A stretch of DNA of 59,081 nt, filler included, from Sphaerodactylus townsendi (taxonomy: Eukaryota), in NCBI RefSeq assembly GCF_021028975.2. It is 4 parts of 3 records of this genome, joined end to end, with 100 filler letters (N's around TTAATTAATTAA, not from the genome) between each part and the next. Parts side by side here need not be neighbours in the genome. Positions count along the whole stretch, not along the records: positions 22,471 to 49,797 come from NC_059426.1; positions 49,898 to 59,081 come from NC_059428.1; 2 more parts are not named here. One strand, given 5' to 3'. Each line of letters opens with the position of its first letter. Positions within the stretch are counted from its first letter, which is position 1. The notes beneath the pieces are model-generated. The model worked only from the letters and a program-made list of their open reading frames with translations. It searched no databases and had not been told where the DNA came from. The translations under genes and the position numbers were made by a program. Shown one piece after another: positions 49,401 through 59,081 of this stretch.

Positions 49401-49407
49401 CTTGTAC

Positions 49408-49549
49408 CTGAAGAATTCTGCTCACAAATGTATTTCATGATCTTCATGAATCCGAGGCACACGCTCTGTTCGTACTGGTCTTCTTGCACTTTGACGCAAG
49501 CCCACCTGCCCTTTGCGTAATGGCGTTTCTCATAGAGCACTTTGCCAAA
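49408..49549 (-). CDS. soul3: soul3-like, internal exon (upstream exons lie beyond the contig end)
   Basis: ttgcag| ... |gtacaa, 142 nt, phase 0-1; FGKVLYEKRHYAKGRWACVKVQEDQYEQSVCLGFMKIMKYICEQNSS (SOUL YE.R.Y...W and F.KL..YI...N motifs). Confidence 0.87.
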
Positions 49550-49797
49550 CTGCAATTTTTTTTTAAAAAAAACCTTAAAATTAGTGTAACTATGCTGCGT
49601 TCGGATAACAGCCTCATTCCTGGCTGAATCAGAGGATACCGCAAGGCTCGAAAGGCTGCTCTCGGTCTGTTTGCAAGAGGAATCCCACGTACTGTTTTGC
49701 AACCTTCCCTTTTGGCCTCAAAGAAGCGCAATGATAATGAAGTCAACTCTTAAAATAACTTTCTCCTTCACACTGAATACAACTTCAAATGGTTAAG

Positions 49798-49897
49798 NNN
49801 NNNNNNNNNNNNNNNNNNNNNNNNNNNNNNNNNNNNNNNNNTTAATTAATTAANNNNNNNNNNNNNNNNNNNNNNNNNNNNNNNNNNNNNNNNNNNN
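49798..49897. other. Artificial contig spacer
   Basis: Same spacer. Confidence 0.95.
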
Positions 49898-50449
49898 ATA
49901 AGGAAGGTGCTCCAGTCCCTCGATCGTCCTCGTTGCCCTTCTCTGCACTTTTTCTATCTCTTCGATATCCTTTTGGGTGACCAGAACTGGACACAGGACT
50001 CCAAGTGCGGTCGCACCACCGCTTTATATAAGGGCATGACAATCCTTGCAGTTTTATTATCAATTCCTTTCCTAATTATCCCCAGCATAGAGTTTGCCTT
50101 TTTCACAGCTGCCGTGCATTGAGTTGACATTCCCATGGAACTATCAACTAAGACGCCCAAATCCCTTTCCTGGTCTGTGACTGATAGCACTGACCCCTGT
50201 AGCGTGTATGTGAAGTTTGGATTTTTTCACAGTCAACCTGGCAACCCCACAGGGTTTTTTTCAGAGAAAGACACTCAAATTCTCTTTCCTGCCTCTAAGT
50301 AGTAATCCTGGACTTCTTTGGTGGTCTCCCACCCAAAGTACTAAGCAGGGTCAACCCTGCTTGGCAGGTGAGAGCTGAGGAGAGCAAGCTAGTCTGGGCT
50401 AGCCAGGTCAGAGGGTCAGTAACAGATGGGTCATATCCTTCCTCTAAAC

Positions 50450-51483
50450 CAGGGGTCTGCAACCTGCGGCTCTCCAGATGTTCATGAACTACAAATCCCA
50501 TCAGTCCCTGCCAGCAATTGCGGACCTTGATAAATTAGGTGAGTGGGCTCAGAAATGGCAAATGCAGTTCAATGTAGCAAAATGCAAAGTGATGCACATA
50601 GGGGCAAAAAATCCAAACTTCACACACATGCTACAGGGGTTGGTGCTATCAGTCACAGACCAGGAAAGGGATTTGGGCGTCTTAGTCGATAGTTCCATGG
50701 GAATGTCAACTCAATGCATGGCAGCTGTGAAAAAGGCAAACTCTATGCTGGGGATAATTAGGAAAGGAGTTGATAATAAAACTGCAAGGATTGTCATGCC
50801 CTTATATAAAGCAGTGGTGCGACCACACTTGGAGTCCTGTGTTCAGTTCTGGTCGCCACATCTCAAAAAGGATATCGAAGAGATAGAAAAAGTGCAGAGA
50901 AGGGCAACGAGGATGATTGAGGGACTGGAGCACCTTCCTTATGAGGAGAGGCTGCAGGGTTTGGGGCTCTTTAGTTTGGAGAGGAGACGTCTGAGGGGGG
51001 ATAGGATTGAAGTCTATAAAATTATGCATGGGGTAGAAAATGTGGACAGAGAGATATTTATCTCTCTTTCCCACAATACTAGAACCAGGGGGCATTCATT
51101 GAAAATGCTAGGGGGAAGAATTAGGACTAATCAAAGGAAACACTTCTTCACGCAAGGTGTGATTGGTGTTTGGAATATGCTGCCACAGGAGGTGGTGATG
51201 GATAGCTTTAAAAAGGACTTGGACAGATTGATGGAGGAGAAGTCGATCTATGGCTACCAATCTTGATCCTCCTTGATCTCAGATTGCAAATGCCTTAGCA
51301 GACCAGGTGTTCGGGAGCAGCAGCAGCAGCAGAAGGCCATTGGTTTCACCTCCTGCAGTTGAGCTCCCAAAGGCACCTGGTGGACCACTGCGAGTAGCAG
51401 AGAGCTGGACTAGATGGACTCTGGTCTGATCCAGCAGGCTAGTTCTTATGTTCTTATGGAGAGCTGCAGGTTGCAGACCCCTG
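50450..51483. mobile_element. hAT MITE interrupted by a CR1 3' fragment (50521-51458, +)
   Basis: TIR CAGGGGTCTGCAACCTGC; TSD CTCTAAAC (50442-50449, 51484-51491); ORF 50478-51266 encodes the CR1 ORF2 C-terminus (WQMQFNVAKCKVMHIG, ERDLGVLVD). Confidence 0.9.
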
Positions 51484-52053
51484 CTCTAAACTGTTACAAG
51501 TATATGTCACTCCAGTCCTGAAGGAGTTAAATGTTGCTTGTATGTAAACAACTTGCTGATGTCACTTGGTGAGGAGTTGAGCTGTTGATGAGCTATTGGT
51601 CAGTTAAATCTCCATTGCTTTCGTGCAACAGGTCACGTGTCCCGAGTGGTTAAAAAGTACATCAACGTTCTCTTTTTCTGGTCTGTTGCTACTAAGAAAA
51701 GCATAAAGAAATATGTAGTGTTAAGTGTGCAGCTACGTACCAATGTTTGTAACGGGGTACATTAGTATTTTCTCCAATGTTCTGTCTGCATGTCAACTTA
51801 CTTAGTTGGATAGTACACTTAATATAACTGTGCAACTCATGCATCGCGGTTCATTATTCCCCTAACTCTGGTAACTAAGTATATCTCTTTGCAAAGGAAA
51901 ATCCCCCAACATAAACATGATTAACCGTAAGCAAGCAGGGCTATGAAGCTCCAGCCACAAAGGCCAACATCTTTATCCCCCCCTCCCAATCTGAAGGAAT
52001 TTGTGCTGTTGCAGAACCAGAAAACCGGGATTCAAAGAGGTGGTACCTTTTAC

Positions 52054-52250
52054 CTGGCTCTCTCTCTCTCTCCACTGGAGACCAGGGATATTTGTGGCTC
52101 TGTGGTCCCCTTCGCTCTTCCGAAAGCCTTTCCTCCGCTGTGGGACACTGTTGGATTGGCAGGTGAAAAGCCGTGGGTCTGCTTTTTATAGAGCCCCCTT
52201 CCCCCCTCCCCCGGCTCACTCACGAGCTATTTATACTTGACACATCTGCA
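52054..52250 (-). promoter_or_regulatory. Candidate TATA promoter plus non-coding first exon of an unidentified gene
   Basis: Minus-strand GGGGCTCTATAAAAAGCAG (TATA at 52190-52183), GC-box-like G-run upstream, and donor CCAG|GTAAAA about 105 nt after the expected TSS. Confidence 0.4.
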
Positions 52251-54575
52251 CAAAATGTTTGGGATGAGATCGTGTTTCAAAACAGGAGGAGAGGATACAG
52301 ATAGATTTCCCCCTTTAAGACAGAGATGGTGTTCTTGCTGCAGCTGGGAAAATACCCCCCACCCCACCCCCGTAGTGACACATCAGCTTTGGACCAAGGT
52401 GCGGAACTGACTCCCGTGGGGCAGCGGAGTTCATCAGTTGCAGCAAAGATTTGTCTCGCATTTTGAGGACATTGATTATTGTTGTCAATTTAGTACCTTA
52501 CGAAGGAAACGTTGATGGGTTCCGCACAGCTTTGCCACCTCTGGGATTCTGTCATCCTGGCATGGGGTTGGGGGGGGGGGGGTTGGGGAATCGGACATAT
52601 TGGTGCAGCTCAAAGTCATGCCTGATGATCCCAGCCATAGACGAAATGTTAGGAGCAAAAACCACCAGACCACAGCCACACAGTGCAGAAAACCCACAAC
52701 AACCAGAAAAGAACCCCCCCTTCCCCAAATTATACAACTAACTGGGCATATTACCCATGTTGGGGGCCAGTGCATTGCCCCGGACTGTTCAAATAACAAG
52801 ATTCTGTGTTCAGGTGATTTCATTCTTAAGTAACAGCACCAGGAATAAGCATTGGGGCTTCNNNNNNNNNNNNNNNNNNNNNNNNNNNNNNNNNNNNNNN
52901 NNNNNNNNNNNNNNNNNNNNNNNNNNNNNNNNNNNNNNNNNNNNNNNNNNNNNNNNNNNNNNNNNNNNNNNNNNNNNNNNNNNNNNNNNNNNNNNNNNNN
53001 NNNNNNNNNNNNNNNCCCTTTCTCTCCTGTAGGAGGGGCTCAAAGGGGCTGACAATCTCCTTGCCCTTCCCCCCTCACAACAAACACCCTGTGAGGTGGG
53101 TGGGGCTGAGAGAGCTCCGAGAAGCTGTGACTAGCCCAAGGTCACCCAGCTGGCGTGTGTGGGAGTGCCCAGGCTAATCTGAATTCCCCAGATAAGCCTC
53201 CACAACTCAAGCGGCAGAGCTGGGAATCAAACCCGGTTCCTCCAGATTAGAGTGCACCTGCTCTCAGCCACTACGCCATTGCAAAGCGCCCTCCGTTACA
53301 CCCCACATTGTCCCCCATGTCACGTCACTCCACCCCTGCCTACCAGTTTCCAGGGAGGAATGGCAATCCACTGGTTCCACAGTACAGAGAAGGTGCAGCC
53401 TCCGTTGGGGTCAAAACCACCGCCACACGACTGCAGGAACTACAACACCAGGTGCCCAAATGAGCTGATAAGGCCTTGCCTGAGAAACGAAAGCACCGAG
53501 CGTGAGAAAGTATAACCACAGTCATTCAAAGGGAGGGGGAAGAGAAGAGAAAGGGGACCCCACATCCTGGCCAGGAGACATGGCCGGGTCCAAACACAAA
53601 CGGGCTGATAGAGGCAATAAGTTCCAGTTGCAATGTTTCCTTTAACACTTCTTCACGCAAGGAAACACTTCTTCACACAACGTGTGATTGGTGTTTGGAA
53701 TATGCTGCCACAGGAGGTGGTGATGGCCACTAACCTGGATAGCTTTAAAAAGGGCTTGGACAGATTTATGGAGGAGAAGTCGATCTATGGCTACCAATCT
53801 TGATCCTCTTTGATCTGAGATTGCAAATGTCTTAACAGTCCAGGTGCTCGGGAGCAACAGCTGCAGAAGGCCATTGCTTTCACCTCCTGCAGGTGAGCTC
53901 CCAAAGGCACCTGGTGGGCCACTGCGAGTAGCAGAGAGCTGGACTAGATGGACTCTGGTCTGATCCAGCTGGCTTGTTCTTATGTTCTTATGTTCTTATG
54001 CATATTTAAGCACAGACATGGTGGCTTACCAGCTCCTTTCCCTTCCTCTCCCCACAACAGAGACGGGTGGGGCTGAGAGAGTCTTGAGAGAACTGTGACT
54101 GACCCAAGATTACCTGGCAGGAATGTAGGAGTGCAGAAACACATCTGGTTCACCAGATAAGCCTCTGCCACTCAGGTGGAGGAGTGGGGAATCAAACCCG
54201 GTTCTCCAGATTAGCTTTTACTGCCCTGGCCCCTGCCCGGTGGAACACTCTCCCTCCAGTCATCCGGGCCCGGCAGGACTTGGACAGTTCCACAGGGCCT
54301 GTAAAATGGGATTGTTCCACAGGGCTTTTGGGGAGGTTGGCCGCTGATTTGCCATCCCCTGTATGCCATCTTCACTGGTTGCCATTATTGGTACACCTAG
54401 TCCCCTCCCAGGAGGGTAAGAGGTCTTGTTCTCTCTTGCCACCTGTGGTTTGGCTCTGATTGTTATGATGTTATGTTAGCTATTCTGGTTTTAATTATTG
54501 TATTAATGTTTCAATGGTTTTAATCTTTGAGCACTGCCCAGAGCCCTTTGGGAATGGGCAGTATGTTAAATGTAC

Positions 54576-54634
54576 AAACAATCAAACAATCAAACAATCA
54601 AACAATCAAACAATCAATCAATCAATCAATCAAT

Positions 54635-54681
<47 letters not shown>

Positions 54682-54690
54682 TCAAACAAT
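54576..54690. repeat. Compound (CAAACAAT)n/(CAAT)n/(CAAG)n microsatellite at an L2 tail
   Basis: Directly visible, running into a gap. Confidence 0.9.
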
Positions 54691-56356
54691 NNNNNNNNNN
54701 NNNNNNNNNNNNNNNNNNNNNNNNNNNNNNNNNNNNNNNNNNNNNNNNNNNNNNNNNNNNNNNNNNNNNNNNNNNNNNNNNNNNNNNNNNNNNNNNNNNN
54801 NNNNNNNNNNNNNNNNNNNNNNNNNNNNNNNNNNNNNNNNNNNNNNNNNNNNNNNNNNNNNNNNNNNNNNNNNNNNNNNNNNNNNNNNNNNNNNNNNNNN
54901 NNNNNNNNNNNNNNNNNNNNNNNNNNNNNNNNNNNNNNNNNNNNNNNNNNNNNNNNNNNNNNNNNNNNNNNNNNNNNNNNNNNNNNNNNNNNNNNNNNNN
55001 NNNNNNNNNNNNNNNNNNNNNNNNNNNNNNNCTTCCAGGACCCTGGCAAGTGATATCGTGTGGGAAAGCACACGCGCTCACCCCATTCCCACTCCCTCTT
55101 GCAAAGTGCCCCTCGCTACCTGTGCCAAAACGACATTCCAGGGATGGCAGCATGATGTTGGTCCGCTGGTGCACGTCACGTCTCAGGTGATATCGTGCCA
55201 GCCTTTTGGAGGAGAAGGGGAGGGTCGTGCTTTGAGCCACACTCGTCTGGCCACGCCCACTGTCTTGGTGGGGGCAGCCAGGCGTGGCACTGGGAGTCTT
55301 GCCCATTTTACAAGTGTTTCTGTTTTTCACACCAGAGGGTGGGGAGGTCGCTTGTGGGCTTTGGGCTCCCCTGGAGCACATCAGGGCTGTTTTAAAGACA
55401 TGTTTTAGCAATATGGTCAAGCTCCTTGTTGAAGGAAAGTCTCCTTCTGTTGATTTCTAGAAACAAAATTAAGTATTTGAAAGTATTAAGTACTTGACAG
55501 GCAGTCAATTAGAGGAGAAGTCGTTGTTTCTGTTGGCAGCAGACGATAGGACTTGCTAGAATGAGTTTAAATGATGGACAGAAAGATACCAGCTGGAAAT
55601 TAGGAACTTTTTTTTACAGTAAGAGTTTTTTACAGTAACAGAGAAATTATTAATGCCCCGCCCCCGGAATGCCTGGCCACGCCCCTGTCGTGCCCCGCCC
55701 AGCCCCATTGGCGCTACGCCACTGTTTGAATCCCACCACCATGGGAACCTGTTACTAAAAATTTTGGATCCCACCACTGGGTGTATTGTTTAAGAGCGCT
55801 GGACTCTAACCTTGAAAACTGGGTTTGTGCCTGATAGAAGAACTGAAACTACCCAGTTCCTTAGCAGAGAAAAAAATGCAGCAGAATTATTTTTAAAAAG
55901 GAGTTATCCTTTAATAAAGTTCTAAATATAAAAAGTTAGGCTACAAAACATGTTTACAAAAAGAGGAAGACAAAATAGTCATGTGCTAAAAAGCTCTGGC
56001 AAGCAGACAAGCTTACACAATAAGTAAATAAGAGAAAAAATACAGGACAGCAGCATACGACAATGCAGCATAAGGACAAGGAGGAGAGTAAAAGGGTAAA
56101 AGGAGGAAGGGTATGGTTAAGGAGCGTGGAGCATAGAAAGCTACACCATAATATGCAGACAATGAAGGTGATCCTCAGTCAACCAATTAATTGCCCAGCT
56201 GCCCTGCATGAACATACAGCAACCAAATAGTGCAACTATCTTGCTCCTGCAATCACTTACAGAAGAGATGCCGAATATTCTAACAGTGAATACAGCTATT
56301 TAAAAGAATCAAAAATGTGGAAGTCTAAAAGATGTATTATGTTTTAGTGGTGGAAA

Positions 56357-56762
56357 TAAGCATAAGCATTTTATTGTCATTGTGCACGCACAACGAAATT
56401 TACAGCAGCATTCCTCGATGCACACAATTCCAGACTCATACCCCATCCTCACTTTCCCCTTCCTCCACCCATCACTACACAGCCCCAAACACATCAACAC
56501 GAAGCTGCGGAGTTCGGCATAGCCACAGCTCTAGAGTAGAAGCTGTCTCTAAGCCTCTTTGTCCTAGTTTTGGTAGACCTGTATCGTCTGCCAGATGGTA
56601 ACAGTTCAAAAAGAGAGTGTGCTGGACGAGACGGGTCTCTCAGAATATTTTGGGCTTTTTTTAGGCTTTGGGAATTATAGAGTTCTTCCAAGGAGGGGAG
56701 AGGGCAGCCGATAATCCTCTGTGCAGTAGTGATCACCCTTTGGAGCGCCTTCCTATCTGCCA
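56357..56762 (-). mobile_element. Rex1/Babar-type LINE 3' end (also 27936-28206 and 47676-48090, both -)
   Basis: ALQRVITTAQRIIGCPLPSLEELY...DPSRPAHSLFELLPSGRRYRS.KTRT.RLRDSFY. Confidence 0.8.
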
Positions 56763-56870
56763 AGGTTTGAGTGCAGGGAAAGGCGACATTCTGAAGAGAG
56801 AAGTGCCGTATGGGCTGGAGCACAACAGGTGAGAAATAAATGCACACTGGGGGCCATATCCTGATCGCCT

Positions 56871-57836
56871 TCACTTTCTCATTTTGGTGCTACTAGGAGA
56901 GGACAACCTGAAGACTCTGAGGACAGCTTCTCGGATCGTTTTCGTCCTCACCCCGTAGATAACGGGGTTCATCATGGGTGGAACGAGCACATAGATGTTG
57001 GCCACAATGATGTGAGCTGCAGGAGAAATCCCGTGACCAAATCGGTGGGTCAGGAAAGAGAAGAATGCTGGGGTGTACGTGACCAGGATCACGCAAACGT
57101 GGGAGCCGCAGGTGCCCAGGGATTTGAGCCGGGCTTCCTTGGAGGGAAGCTGGAAGACTGTGCGGAGGATCAGAACATAGGACAGAATGATAAGCATGAA
57201 ATCCACCCCTCCTGTCAGAAAGGCAACGGTCAAGCTGTAGGCTTTGGGCACCCGGGTGTCCACACAGGTCAATTTCACCAAGGCCATGAACTCACAGTAG
57301 GTGTGGGAGATGACGTTCCCCCTGCAGTACGGGAGCCCCTTCAGAAGAAAGGGGTGGGGGCAGAGCAGCACGACCCCGCGGATCATGACTACCAGGCCTA
57401 TCTTGGCAATGACGGAGTTGGTCAAGATGCTAGAGTGTCTGAGCGGGTTGCATATCGCCACGTAGCGGTCAAAGGCCATGGCGGCAAAGAACCCGGATTC
57501 CATGGTGGAAAAGGAGTGGATCAGGAAGACCTGGGCCAGGCAGGAATTGGCGTGGATGCCTCTGTGCCGGAACCAGAAGATGCTCAAGATTTTGGGCAAG
57601 GTGGTGGTTGAGACCACTAAGTCAGCCACCGCCAGCATGGACAGGAAGAGGAACATGGGCTTGTGGAGGCTCGGCTCAGCCTTGACAACCACCAGGAGGA
57701 CGCAGTTCCCGAGAAGGGAGACGATGTAGATGGAGCAGAAGGGGATGGAGATCCAGACGTGGAAAGCTTCCAGTCCTGGGATCCCTACGAGGATGAAGCT
57801 GGAGGGGTGGAGAAAGGTCCAGTTAGCAGGCGACAT
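56871..57836 (-). CDS. Olfactory receptor, class I (family 52-like), intact single-exon ORF of 321 aa
   Basis: FILVGIPGLE, LHKPMFLFLSMLA, MAFDRYVAICNPLRH, SHTYCEFMALVKL, KSLGTCGSH, PPMMNPVIYGVRTK; N-glycosylation sequon N5-W-T; acceptor ttttttttcag about 57 nt upstream of the ATG. Confidence 0.96.
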   Translation of the reverse strand: MSPANWTFLHPSSFILVGIPGLEAFHVWISIPFCSIYIVSLLGNCVLLVVVKAEPSLHKPMFLFLSMLAVADLVVSTTTLPKILSIFWFRHRGIHANSCLAQVFLIHSFSTMESGFFAAMAFDRYVAICNPLRHSSILTNSVIAKIGLVVMIRGVVLLCPHPFLLKGLPYCRGNVISHTYCEFMALVKLTCVDTRVPKAYSLTVAFLTGGVDFMLIILSYVLILRTVFQLPSKEARLKSLGTCGSHVCVILVTYTPAFFSFLTHRFGHGISPAAHIIVANIYVLVPPMMNPVIYGVRTKTIREAVLRVFRLSSPSSTKMRK

Positions 57837-57941
57837 GATTGGCTTGGTGGCCTGGTCCTGTCAGTTCTGAATCATGGTAGTTCTCTTCGACCCTGAAAAA
57901 AAAGGCTGTAGGTAAAAGAGTTACAGATCAGCTGAGGGAGT

Positions 57942-57979
57942 CTAGCCCTAGCCCTAGCCCTAACCCTAACCCTAACCCC
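57942..57979. repeat. Short telomere-like tract of CCCTAG and CCCTAA units
   Basis: ctag ccctag ccctag ccctaa ccctaa ccctaa cccc. Confidence 0.85.
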
Positions 57980-59081
57980 TTCCCTCCTGCAATGGCAGCC
58001 ACGAGTCAGGCACGGCTGCTCTTTATCCTCTATCCATCTATCCTCAAGCAGTGCCAAGGAGATAGACGGTACATGCATAAGTCATGTGATACATGATGCT
58101 GCCTTCTACCATTGGTTCATCAAGGTCAGTCTTGCCTACTCAGGCTGGCAGCTGCTCTCAGGCAGAGGTCTTTCCTGTCTCTACTGCTTGGTCCTTTTCA
58201 ACTGGAGATTGAAGCTGGGCCCTTCTGTGTGCTTCTCCCTCTGATTTCTTGCCTCTGTTTATATCTGCATCCTGGTATTTCATTGCTCCTTCTCTTTCTC
58301 TGAACAGCATGAATTCAGTGGAAAGCAGGAACGGGTGTGATGGAGCAGAACAGAAGTACGTTTGCAAAGAAGCTTGGGCATGTGACATGATTTTGGGATG
58401 GCCATAGTGGCTAGATTTAAAAACCCACCCAATCTGTTTCTGTGATGGATTTGGAAAGAGACTCATATTGAGTGGCCAGTCCTTGTAAAGATACAACTTC
58501 CTTAAGAGTTACCTCTGCCCTTCCTCAGGGACCCTTCAGGTGCTGCGAAGCAGTAGATTTGGAATCATTTGGGATTCTAAAGTACCCTTTCCCCCGCTAT
58601 TGTAGAAATAATAAAGCAAGAAGGGACCTCAAGGACCATCCAGTCCAACTCCTGCAAAACACAGGAATATCACAACTGCCCCTCACTACCCCAGTGACTC
58701 CTGCTTTGTGTCCAGAGGAAATTATGCCTGGGGTAGAAAATGTTGACAGAGAGACATTTTTCTCTCTTTCTCACAATACTAGAACCAGGGGGCATTCATT
58801 GAAAATGCTGGGGGGAAGAATTAGGACTAATAAAAGGAAACACTTATTCACGCAACGTGGGATTGGTGTTTGGAATATGCTGCCACAGGAGGTGGTGATG
58901 GCCACTAACCTGGATAGCTTTAAAAGGGGCTTGGACAGATTGATGGAGGAGAAGTCGATCTCTGGCTACCAATCTTGAATCTCCTTGATCTGAGGTTGCA
59001 AATGCCTTAGCAGACCAGGTTCTCAGGAGCAGCAGCAGCAGCAGAAGGCCATTGCTTTCACATCCTGCCTGTGAGCTCCCA

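Noticed and set aside
1-59081. NOP9-TOM1L2-FKBP3/FANCM-OR as a novel gene cluster or rearrangement
   Set aside because: The adjacencies cross artificial spacers.

Overview
Repeat-dense vertebrate DNA, most likely from a gecko or other squamate (inferred from Squam3-type SINEs, CR1/L2/Rex1 LINEs and Penelope-like repeats). It is not one locus: three artificial 100-nt spacers (44 N + TTAATTAATTAA + 44 N) join four unrelated pieces. (A) 1-11719: promoter and first five coding exons of NOP9 (+). (B) 11820-22370: last exons and 3' UTR of TOM1L2 (-). (C) 22471-49797: FKBP3 exons 2-5 (-) head-to-head with FANCM exons 2-4 (+); their shared promoter and first exons are lost in a gap. Three clean exons of a SOUL/HEBP-family heme-binding gene (soul3-like, -) follow FANCM exon 4 and appear nested antisense in FANCM intron 4. 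(D) 49898-59081: an intact class I (family 52-like) olfactory receptor gene (-) and a candidate TATA promoter with a non-coding first exon of an unidentified gene. Main observations: the nested soul3-like gene; six TSD-flanked Penelope-like fold-back insertions, most with minimal hammerhead-ribozyme motifs, some on both strands; a hAT element whose TSD duplicates a 5' splice site; and a SINE tail acting as the polypyrimidine tract of a NOP9 exon. All homology calls come from recalled protein and repeat motifs, not database searches; TE boundaries without a stated TSD are approximate.
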